Shown here: piece after piece, positions 39,829-50,830 of the stretch
Layout: each line of letters starts with the position of its first letter
Numbering within the stretch: position 1 is the first letter of the stretch
Assembly (NCBI RefSeq): GCF_001949145.1
Contig: NW_019091358.1
Location: 930,961 to 994,960, forward strand
DNA length: 64,000 nt
Reading direction: 5' to 3'
From: Acanthaster planci
Lineage: Eukaryota
The notes under the pieces: generated by a model
What the model was told of the DNA's origin: nothing
Seen by the model: only the letters and a program-made list of their open reading frames with translations
Databases searched by the model: none
Position numbers and translations under genes: made by a program

Positions 39829-42800
39829 CAGCATGTGTGGAAAAATTGGAGAACAATTTGAAATTTTGATTTTAAAGTGCCCTCTTTTACGTTCAGAAAT
39901 GTAATGTACATGGACATATTTCACCCTTTTTTTTCTCCGAAATTTAACTTATGCCACGCCCTAACAAGAAACACATCACGAAATGAAATCTGCAGCTTAA
40001 TTATATTTCTCTTTAGTAAAGTTTTACACAATGCGGAAGATCTCCGCAGATGGATTTTGGTATGGTCGTTTGCTGGCTGGCGTCGTCATCTTAACAACAA
40101 TAGAAACTGATCACGACTTTGCATTATTTTAGCGCATGCGCACAAACTAAGTGGAAGGAATGAACATACGTGCCTACAAGTGGTTGCTAAAACTATGACT
40201 GGCCGTCAGAGCAAAAGCACAATTGATAACGTAATAAAAATCACACCATTTATTAAAACACCAGTAATAGGCCTTGTACTTGTTCTACTAACTGAAAACA
40301 TTAAATGAAATACAACCCTTTCTAAAATGAACGAGACAAAAGTACATTTTGGACGAATTTGAGGTTTAAAAAAATCGAAAACTAACAAAAAGGTGATTTT
40401 TCTGCAAAATTTGGCAGCCCATACAAACTGTAGGCAAAATGGGAGTGGTCTATACATCGTGCCCGAACGTGGCCCTCTCTATTGTTTGCTGGGAAGCGGA
40501 ACCTTGGGTCCTTGCCCTGTGCTTCTCGTCCGAGCGGATGTGTTTACAACTTACTAAGTACGCCCATCTCAAGAAAAAACTGAAATTTCAAAAATATTAA
40601 TCAATTTCTACAAATGATCGCGCACCAGACGGAAGAATGTCGCTTGAATCCACTTCATTGCCATTACTACCTTGAAACCAAGCACACAATGAGGGAGTAT
40701 AGTTTGATTAGAAATTTATTTTTGTCAAATAACAGCAGGGTTGCGTGGGCCCTTCCTCGCCACTTGGGATGTCATTAGCATATACCTTTAGCCCTTTTCC
40801 TCCCACTCTAAAAAAGATCAATTTTTTGCAGCTTCCTCTTTCTCGAAATACACGGAAAGCAACTATATTTATCCCCAACTTTGTCTCTTCAGAGGCAACC
40901 TAACCCCACATAACTATCTGCATTTGCTTATCTGCTTTCATGTTACATGTATGAATCAATGGATCTGACATGGGCCTTGCGATGCATCATTCAAACGTTA
41001 TTGGAAATATGATGAATCCCTTCTAACATCATGTGAATCTATAGCTACTTCTATGATGAGGGCTTGCCATCACAGCCCAAAGTTCTGAGACCTACTGCGG
41101 CAATTTTCTTTTGCCTTAGTTTCCATATTTGAATTTCGCTCTTTGGTGTTTGAAATGGGATTTGAATGCTATCCATTTGCACTAATATCTCTGCATGATG
41201 GACTGCTTTGCCGGATGCCCGATAGCAGTACGCAGTAAATTGTTTTTTGTATATCTCCGATGCTCGATAGTGCTTTATTGCACCGCAGGCAACTGAACCA
41301 TTATGCGACTTCTGAAGAGAAGGAAAGAAGGGCCTTCACGTTGCATTTCCAACTCGACTAATCAACCTCTCATTGGGTTTTGGTTTGGGGGAAAAATATT
41401 GTACGCCGCGAGTGTTGAAGTGCACTGTGATGCAATCCAAACCTATGTATTGGTTTTATATTCAATAATGTAAAAAGATAATTTTGACCTGCTTTAAATA
41501 ATTTTGCACGCACGCACCAAATAACCTCAATATTAGTGTACGCTATGGGCGTATTCCAAACCCCGTTCTCGTGTTAGACGAACACGAGAACGGGGTTTCG
41601 AACGGGAAGAATCAAAACGCGAACATTGTCCGCGAACAAGATTCTCACTCCTCACTCTCTGAGGAGTGGATGGAGAACATCAAGAACAAAGATGGCGGAT
41701 ACAGGCACATACCGTAACTTAATGATGGTTCTGTTACATCAATAGAAAACACTCACATTAAAGAAAATAAACCCGGGGAAAATACTCATGGCGATAGGAA
41801 AGAATTTACCCTGACCATTTAATATGGATATTTGGGGTTTTTATTTAATGTGAGATGGTAAATGTCATACCATCTTTTCATTTGGTGTCAAAATGGCGAC
41901 TGCTATCTTGACCTTCAGCGCAGCTGCACTCCTTTTGCACATCGACGTTCGTTCGTAATCAACGACCCAAGAACACTGTTCGTGAGTCCCATGAGCATGG
42001 GGTTTCGAGTCCCTTGAATTAATGACGGATTAACACAGTGATTGCGCTCCTCTCAGAGTAAACTTTTTAATAGCAACCTCAAGCCCTTCAGGAATGAGAG
42101 AAACTCCAGCAGTGAGGAGCTTCCTTGCCTGCGGGAAATCTTGCTGCGTGCTTCTGCTCCCAGACGAAATCAAATTGCAGTGTATTGTCACTAGAAATAG
42201 ACAACCAACCTGTCATGGCGAGATGAAAGCTTTTAATGGATCGAGAACAAATGTTATTCCTTTGCATTTCAACTGAAAAGATAGCGAATTTGCTCGTTAC
42301 AATGGGTACTAGTCTGACAGCTGTCTGTGGTAATGAGCGCTCCGATGTTGCTGCCTTTGCTGGTACTCTTTTGCTGAAGCTGTTGTCGCCATGATGTGTT
42401 GCTGTTGCCGTTGGTTTCCAGGATGAATAAATACAAATCAGACATTTCAGCCGTTGCAGTTGTACATTAAACGTGTATGCAATGCTGCGATTAGAACATT
42501 TTCACTGAGCAGTATAGGCCCCTATAGGGTAAAAAAAAAGAGTGACTCGTTTAATTAACATTTCAAGATATGGGCATCGGCCATCATGGCACCTGCATAC
42601 AGCGAAATTTATCTCACAGTCCATCTGAGGTTCAACGCCAATTTACTTTTTAATTTCCCAAAACAAATAGTGCTCCATAACGCAAATAACATGAATGGTC
42701 AGGAAACCCTACGACAACCCATAAAAGGCAATCACAATTGCATCACGATGTACTGGCAGGTATACCAATGCAACATCGCTCTAGTCACAAGAGCTTGTTA

Positions 42801-42914
42801 CTGTTTTGTTTTAATGCGCTTTCAGCTACTCAAGCTATTTGCGTAAATAACTATACGTTTATTCATAACCCTTATTAATCAGCATCACATTACAGAGTTA
42901 GGAAGAAGGTCTAG

Positions 42915-43020
42915 TTTTAGGAAACCGAAGTACCCAGAATGCACTTCAAACCAGGGTCAAGCCGGGACTCGAACCCAGGCCTCGTTAGTACAAAGCGAGG
43001 AAAGAACCAGTACGCTAACC
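42915..43020 (-). mobile_element. tRNA-derived SINE fragment
   Basis: Minus strand has A-box-like ggttagcgtactgg, B-box ggttcgagtcc (42965-42975), then gggtacttcggtttcct, a common SINE core motif. No complete cloverleaf. Confidence 0.7.
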
Positions 43021-43792
43021 CCTCACAAGAGCTTTAAGAAGCTCTAGAAGCAGTCCCTTTCCCAACGTTAATAGTAAAATGTTGAAGCTGTAAGTAACCT
43101 GATTTTGAGGTATTTGAATTAAACTGAGAGTACCAGCTTGTCGGTATAAGCTTTCAAATTACGAGAATGTTTCACTGTTACTAGTAAATAACGTGTTACT
43201 TTTACTTTATAGAGGGAGCTTTTTTTAAATCACCCTGTATAAATGTAATTTCAAGAAGGATTTTCTGTCGGTTGACTTGAGGCCCTTGCTGGATTCTGAC
43301 AAGCTGCTCTCTGCAATGTATACACAGTCAAAGAGCCGTGACAGGTGGTTTGTTATCGATGGGACTTCGCGCGTTTCAATGTCAGATAAAGGCTGTCGAA
43401 TAGGCGCTAGTGTGACTTCCAGCCATGCATGCCTGTAGTCTTCGTGATGTTGATTTTGTCACTCACTCCTGAATAGGTAACTCCGCCGGAGAGATGAGTG
43501 TTGCCTGTAGGGAAGAGGAAAAACGACAATTTTCACACGTTGTAGAGCATTAAAGCTTTGCACCGTTTTCCCATGGATGAAACGGTGCTTGCAACTCCTG
43601 TAGGCAATTAATGTGGACTGACTTCTTATGGTCGACAAAGAAGAAAGGCTTGTTTCCATGTTTTGTTCCTCGTTATATTCCACGTCCCGTTGGGTGTGTG
43701 GCTGCTTTTCGTTTTTTGTTATTCTTTTTTTTTTTAATGGCCTAATCAACGTTTGAGTTAAAGTCAACAAGGTATTACTGAGTGAGGTGAAT

Positions 43793-44175
43793 AGGCCTTT
43801 TCACTTATAAATTCATAATTATGCACGTATCCGCAGAAATGGCCATGGCGGCAAGAAGTGTGAGCGGGTGGCTGAAAACGTACAGGGGTACGATTTTGAT
43901 CATTTTTTCTCAGGTTTTTTTCCTTTGTTCATTTTTTTCTTCAGAATATCCCATTATATCGATTTGCTATTAGTTTCTAATCTAAGCGGGATTTTTAGTG
44001 CTCCGTAAAAAGGCCTTAACAATCGTGATTTTCCTGTGCGCATGAAATTACCATATCAAAGCCATGAACAGAGCCAGAAAACTTGAGAAAAATGGTCAAA
44101 ATCGCTCCCCTGTAGGGTTCCAAAGCCATCTGTGCGCATGCGTGCATAACTATGAATTCATTAGTGAAAAGGTCT
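43793..44175. mobile_element. Foldback MITE, ISL2EU/Harbinger-like termini
   Basis: Termini aggccttttcact... and ...agtgaaaaggtct with AT on both sides. Inverted similarity extends far inward (gattttgatcattttttctcag versus cttgagaaaaatggtcaaaatc). Confidence 0.8.
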
Positions 44176-44984
44176 ATACAGGCGGTTCACAATATAGCAC
44201 GCCACACAATACAGGCTGCCATAAAGAGGCCATTTATATTTTATTTTTGGGTGTACTTTACTTGATACATAGTGGCACGAAATACACAAGTATTTTTTAC
44301 ACTTGAGATATACAAAATATTAAACTAAACATTAATGTAGCGTGAACTAGTGATATCTTGTCCCCCAGCCTGGTGAGGCCAAAAAGGCCGTCGTATCACT
44401 TGTTTTGACAAATTTGCGGTGCGATGGTTATCTCTGAATACAAAACGAGACAGCGAGAGCTTCGATTTAAGCGTAAACTTATGAATTCAAAGATCAGCCG
44501 CCATTAATACAACCTGTATGGCTAACTGAATACATCTGGAGACGTGCTTTCATAAACACATCCGTTCAATACGTATAAACGGCCGAAAATTTCCCACAAT
44601 CAACGATACTATTTGTTGACGACGATGAGCTTAGAATTTTTCGGATGTTTACAGAAAATGGGGAATTCCTGCGCTGTGCACAGGGAAATTGAATTACATG
44701 TATTCCATTTTAGGTTAAAAGTTCGGATGTGCTTATAGAGATCGGTACAAATTAGTATACAGTGGTGTTTTGTGAATTACAGCAGAATGCCCTGGTTTAT
44801 CATGCAGTTCCTTAAGTCGTCTAATGAAATTTGTTCAAATACAAATTGCAGTAAGTCGGCCATTTTTGTCGACTTCTCATGGTCTCTCCGTGATAATCTC
44901 TTGGTGGCTCACTGTATTTTGAATTGTCTGTATCGACCAGTGCCTTTCATTCTCTTTCTGCGGTCATTTTTTTTTCAAATTCAG

Positions 44985-45446
44985 TTCAAGGATGCTCTTA
45001 TTGATATGATGTGCTGTGGACGCAATCCATTCGCAAATGATGACAACCAAGACAACACACCACGAACGCAAGCGGCCAGGCGAGAGGCATCGAGGACCGG
45101 AGGTGTGACAGGTGCCACGGTTAGACGCGGACGTCAGGAGATCTCGGCCAGCATGGACACGCAGATGTCCGAGGTCGGGGTAACTCCGGCCATGCAGCGG
45201 CGCCACATCAAGATAGCAGACTGGGGCGCCAAGGGCTCCATGGAGGATCAGCCCGGCGAAGAGAAGAAAGAAGAGGGCGCAGCTACGGCAGGCGTGACGG
45301 AGACGCCCGTAGAGGCCTTTCGGGTGGACGAAAAGGCTTCCGACGAGCTCCCAGCCAAGAAAGAAGTAGTCAAAAAGCACAGCCGGGGTTTTCATAAAAG
45401 CAGCAAGATTTGTCCGGTTGAACAACCCGATGTTGAGGAGGTATGA
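44985..45446 (+). CDS. Ciliary-type opsin terminal coding exon: helix 8 and 153-aa cytoplasmic tail
   Basis: Poly-T tract then tcag|, phase 0, continuing NQQ|FKDALIDMMCCGRNPF (compare rhodopsin NKQ|FRNC...CCGKNP). GC-rich open frame to TGA at 45446. AATAAA at 45664. Confidence 0.92.
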   Translation, partial: FKDALIDMMCCGRNPFANDDNQDNTPRTQAARREASRTGGVTGATVRRGRQEISASMDTQMSEVGVTPAMQRRHIKIADWGAKGSMEDQPGEEKKEEGAATAGVTETPVEAFRVDEKASDELPAKKEVVKKHSRGFHKSSKICPVEQPDVEEV

Positions 45447-47669
45447 AAGGGTGGTTGTGTCTATAGTTTCGCCCGTGACAGACACTTTGAGACGTCTGAA
45501 AATTCGTGCAGTGCTGCTGAAGGTCTGAAACCTTCAGTTTAAATACGTGAGTTTGCACCTGTTTCTTGTCAAATTCACTATTCCGTACCAGAAATCGTGC
45601 AAAGTTGATACAGTGCTCAAAGAAATTAACAGTTTTGTTCGACTGCACAACGGAACCATTTTCAATAAATGCATGTCTTGATCTTGGTATAAGAGTTTGA
45701 TAAATTGGCATAAACGCGTGTGTATTAAATAACCAATACGTTCCAGAGTCTAAAGTCTGTATCACGCACGTTCATGGTATTTATAGCCAAAGTGCAAATG
45801 CGTAAGATTTTGGCTCACTAGCATAGCATTAAAAGGCGGTGTTTGATATCGCGCGCTTGGGTTGTAAAATCGTCTTTGTCGATGAATTTTTCAGGAAAGA
45901 GGGCAAAAACAATAGGATGTTTTATAATAAAGCCAAAATTCATGAAGCGTATTTTTTTTAGTGGGATTGCTGTCATGCCTGCCTCAGACAGTGTTTTCCC
46001 TTTTTCACTTTAGAAAGAAATGAGTGGTGCCAGTTTTAATAATTTTCTACTCTTAAATATTAAGGTTTCCCGGTGAAAAAGCAGACATCTTGAAAGCTGG
46101 AAGAGTTTCTGAATCGATAAAAATTGTGCAAAATAAGTTCAAATTTTACCTAAATTAGAATGCAAAAATCAATCACCAATCTCATTCATTTCAATTTACT
46201 GTCTCGAGACATTTTCCAGTGTTAATGCTTAGCCGAGGTTGTAATTAAAATGAATGTCCTTCTATCAAGTGTGTGCAATTTTTAGGCTCACTCACTGGTA
46301 GCAAATCGTGTGTCAAGAACCCACTTCGTGGCACTGGGTGTAGGCCCACTACATTTTGTAATGCTGGACTCGTCGATGACGACGTCGGGGTACCCGTACT
46401 GGTCAGTATCTGTAGTTCATAAATACGGTTATGAAAGGTAACGATGCCAAACAAAATAAAGGAGATCATCAGCTCGGTATTTGTTTATCCTATTTTGGTG
46501 TTAAGAATCGATACCAACTGCTTTTAAATTCACGTTTAACCAGTCGGATACAATTTTGGGGTAATTGGATAGGACGTAATTTATAAACTACCGGTATTTC
46601 TTCATTTATGAAATAAAACCGTGCAGAATTTTTGTGATTTTGATTTATTTCGAGTGAAAAGGTCAATTGTTAATTTGTTTGTACGACTTCTCAAATTCAG
46701 TAACTATAAACAGATCTTAAGAATCAACGAAAATATGCGGTTTTTGTTGTGTCGAGCGATGGTTGTTTGAAAATTCATTTCCTGATTGTAGATTTTGTTT
46801 TTCGGGAGCTTAGGGCGCATGCGCTTGCGACAAACGTTGTCTCAACGAGGCGGGGGCACACGAGGTATAGAGTATCCAACAGCGGAGAACCGTCAAGACC
46901 TGCGGAGTATTTTCACGTTTTGAGAGGCACTTGTAGTTTGCTTGCTTGCTATGTCTAATTCCGAGTGAGTGGCCCGGCGCCCCACAGAGAGGAAGTTCCC
47001 AGGGGGTAGCGGTAAATTTGTCCCTTCATTCGTAAGGAGAGCGGCACTATTCAGCCGGCGCCTTTCGTCTTTTTCTTGGATGGGGGGGGACCATGAATCT
47101 GCACAGAATCCATGTGAAAGGCATTTTCACTGGCTTTTTTTTTTTTTTTTTTTTTTCCGATTGACACAAAAGGAATCCCACTGGCGCCGGCCCAAGATTC
47201 TGCCAGTAGTTTTTACCCAAAGGACTTTATTTTTCACCATTGACTTTGTCAGGGCTTGATCAAAAAAAAATAGCGCAGGGCATAACGTCCTGGGACGGTG
47301 GACTTCCATCCTATTCCTGACACAATTTCACACATTCCTCCCTCTTATGAGTTTTTTCACCTTTCAGGCATAAAAATTCTTTGTTGAAGTTAGTGTAGCC
47401 TATAATAGATGCACTTGATCTTCTTTCTTCTCGCAAACACAGGGTGAAGAGATGCAACGTGCTGTCATAGTTTTCAGTTCATGACGTCGTGAAAAGTAGG
47501 GACGGAGGAAACTTCGTCTGAAATTCTCTTGCTGTCACCCCCCCCCCTTCATCAATTTACGAACGACTATTAATTTCAGCCTTGGAATTCCAATTCTCAA
47601 GGGGCCCGAGCCATGCAAAAAGGCGGGCATTGGGCTGCATGAGTAGGTGATCTCATTCCTCGGGAGGAA

Positions 47670-47768
47670 TGTTCATCCGAGCGAGTCGCAGAGGTGCATA
47701 ATATGCAGTCTTTTGAAGGCCTCAGTGGACCGCGTATTGTTCACCTCTGTGACCAGCTCGGATGAACA
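47670..47768 (+). other. 99-nt long hairpin
   Basis: Pairing by hand gives a 47-position stem with 37 Watson-Crick pairs, 5 G-U pairs and 5 mismatches, no bulges, and loop aggcc. Confidence 0.8.
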
Positions 47769-50560
47769 CTGCTGTTTTTCAATCTTGGCAAGTGAGCTTT
47801 GGGGACTAGGTCGAGAATGAACACAGGCCTTTAGGTTTGTAGGAAGGAGACAAGAAAATGGACACAAGTCACGTTCCGCTGGGGGGGGGTTGACTTGAAA
47901 ATATTTTAAAAAACTGAGTACGTGTCTTGTAACTTCGAGGTGCATAGTTGCTAGAACCGTATACTGGATGGCGTTCTCAGGTAGAATTCAATTCCTCTAT
48001 TCTTTAGTTTGTTTCTTTCTAAATTTCCAAATGAAGGTAAAACAGGTGACCTGACTGTATTATGCAAACTTATATCGTGAAACCGTGTACGACATGGGGC
48101 AGATTGGTACCCCCCATGTCCAATCCCTACATACACACTCTAGACTAATGTTACCTAAAAACACATCCCCCCCTAGAAGTCTGTAAAGAATTCCTGAGAT
48201 ACCGGTCAAACCATGACCAACACAAAAGCGGGGGGGGGGTTCTCTCCGCCCCATATCTTGCATCATATGTATATCGTTGATCGCAAAGGAAAGGTAGCCG
48301 GGCTCTGTTAATCACTATTCGGAGAACAAAAAAGAAAGGCGTTAGGCAATGACGTCACTCTCTTCTATTATTGCAGGATTTAACAAGATCATGAATAGGA
48401 CGCAGGCATAGGATCTCATGACTTAGGTTTTAATCGTGTATAATCCAACTTTGGGGGCTGGGGAGGGGGTATTTGTTCTTCGTACACAGGGTTATACATG
48501 CAACAAACTTCAAACAATTCAAGAGACATTCGAGAGCCTATATATAACGATAAAACTTACACAGGAACCTATATAAATAAAATTTCTTTACCAGGCCCAG
48601 GGAAGCGTTCGCACAAATAGGGAATACCTTGTACTATTGACGAAACTTTTGGGTAGGATTTTATTCCCGGAGGACATGCCCTATAACTGGATTTTGCCTC
48701 ATCTGTACAATGTCTTCCCACCTCTCGAATGTCCTCTGCGGCGCTTTGCGAGGTTAATCTTGCCCCTGCACGCTCCTGGGAAATTGAAAGAAGACCTGTG
48801 ATATGCTATTCATGCCCTTACCTATATTAAAACGTGCCTATACAGATTTCCATCGATCGTCGAGGATGGATGAGGCCGCCACGCAGTTGTAGAAAACATC
48901 TGCCGTTATTAGGGCACATTCTTTTTCGAAACGTGTACTCGTTATGAATCCTAGAAAGAGCGGACTCGTTGATACCTGTATACATGAGTATTCTCGTAAA
49001 TAACGACATCCAGTCTCCCTACGTCTTGAAATCAGAGAGCAAAATGACCGCTTTTAGACTCAGTATAGTACAGATGCACGCGTGTCTTGGATTTTGAAAA
49101 GCAGGGAAGTAAAACAACTTGTTCGATCGGTTTTTTTGCCTCTCTGAAAGCAAAAAGTGCATTTCCACTTTTCGGGAGTCCGAAAAAGATCTGCTTTACA
49201 TTAGCCCAGGCAGTACGGAATTTAAAACCTTCAACGTTCCTTCTCCGACGAAAGACAAAGATGCAGTTGACTTTACGTACCCCTGTAGAAAATCTAGCTT
49301 TGTGGCAGTTGGATACGGGTAATCAAATCAGTGAAATTCTCCGAATGGATGCCTCGCCCAGCGCGAATGTCAAAGTTTAGAGTTTTATGTTTTTCCTTAC
49401 GCATGCAAATCGGGTTTACTGCAAATATTAGTTTAGTCAGTTGGTAACAAAAAAAATCTTCAAATGGATTCTGCCAAGATGATAATTTCTTTGGTTTAAT
49501 TGGTGTAATATTTGATACTTTGCAGAGTTGAACTCTTCCTCTCAATAAAAAGTGAAACCCAGGTTTATCCTTGTAATTTGCAATCGCTTGATTTAAAATT
49601 ACCAACAAACCGCCGGCAGAGTAATTTTATGCATGGACGGTCTGTGTTGACGATTCATTTCAAAATACTTTTAACGTACCTGACTAAAATTTGACCCCCT
49701 TAGTCTTATGTACCCTACCAAATAAAAAATGAGCCTTGCAGGAAAAACAATCAAAACGTTCGGCGGTATTGAACAAGTATTCAGGCATACGGACCCCAAC
49801 TACCGGCTTCCATGGTTCCCAGCAAGTCACACTTGCTTTCCTGCCCATGACCCAAAGGGTCCAGCACCACATTAGGGAGGAAAACAAGATGGTTTCCAGG
49901 TTATAAACTTGTGTACGGAGGTGCTCACCACGGGCATATTCAATAGCACAATACGTACGCCGGTACAGACCTTTCTCTTGTGATGTCACGATCATGCTGG
50001 ACCTATGATGTGTTGCGATGGTTATGAGTGCATAGTGTTGTGATGGTAGTATACCTATTCATAATAAACTAGTCAAGCAGGCAGCGTTCGTACGTGCGCT
50101 TGTACGTGGTTGAAGCTGCCCGTAGGAATATATGCGATCACCGTGGCCAAGCGGTCCACACGTAGTGGTATTGTTTACATTTAGCGCAATCCAGTCACGT
50201 GGGTGAAAAGGTCTATTGACATACGCTGTATACCTTTGTTGTTTATAGACCTTTTTCACCCACGTGACTCGACTGAACTTATCAGTTAAGCTACGGTATC
50301 ATTGGTAGTTTAGGATGGATAATTAAATATTTTTTTTACTCAGAGTGGGCACTAAAAAGCAAAGACGCAGCTCTTGGATTCGAATGATCCTTCAACGGTC
50401 GTGTCTCTCAACGACCAAATTAACCACAAGACCATTTTTTGTGTCTATAGGAAACTTATTTACGTAACTCTACAAATACATCTTCTTATGGTTGGGCACA
50501 GTTGTGTGCATGTGAGTTTCGCGTTGCGATGCTAACAGCTCAAGGCTGGCCTAGCATGGG

Positions 50561-50830
50561 CTGTGGTGTATCCAGCTTGCCATGTCGGGGGGGGGGTTGT
50601 TGAATTGTAAAAGCGAATTGGGCTTCGGGCTCGTACAGCATGATGTTGGAGATAAAAAAAAATATCTGAAGCCTTCCCGAAATTCTTGCTTTTATTTCGT
50701 GGTGATTTTTTAATAGGGTTTTGGTGCTTATATTTGATAAATAAATATACTGATTGTACTAAAAAAGGGAAAAAAGTGGGAAAAAAATCTGTCAGGGGAC
50801 AAGTCACCCCTCCCGCTGGATACGCCACTG
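50561..50830. mobile_element. hAT-like MITE (TSD not recognisable)
   Basis: Termini ctgtggtgtatccagc and gctggatacgccactg are near reverse complements. Confidence 0.5.

Noticed and set aside
41547..42013. Harbinger-like MITE starting gggcgtattccaaac with internal palindrome
   Set aside because: The left palindrome is real, but the right terminus and TSD could not be matched confidently.
44772..44984. N-terminal part of the 224-aa ORF
   Set aside because: Intron sequence including the polypyrimidine tract, open by chance.
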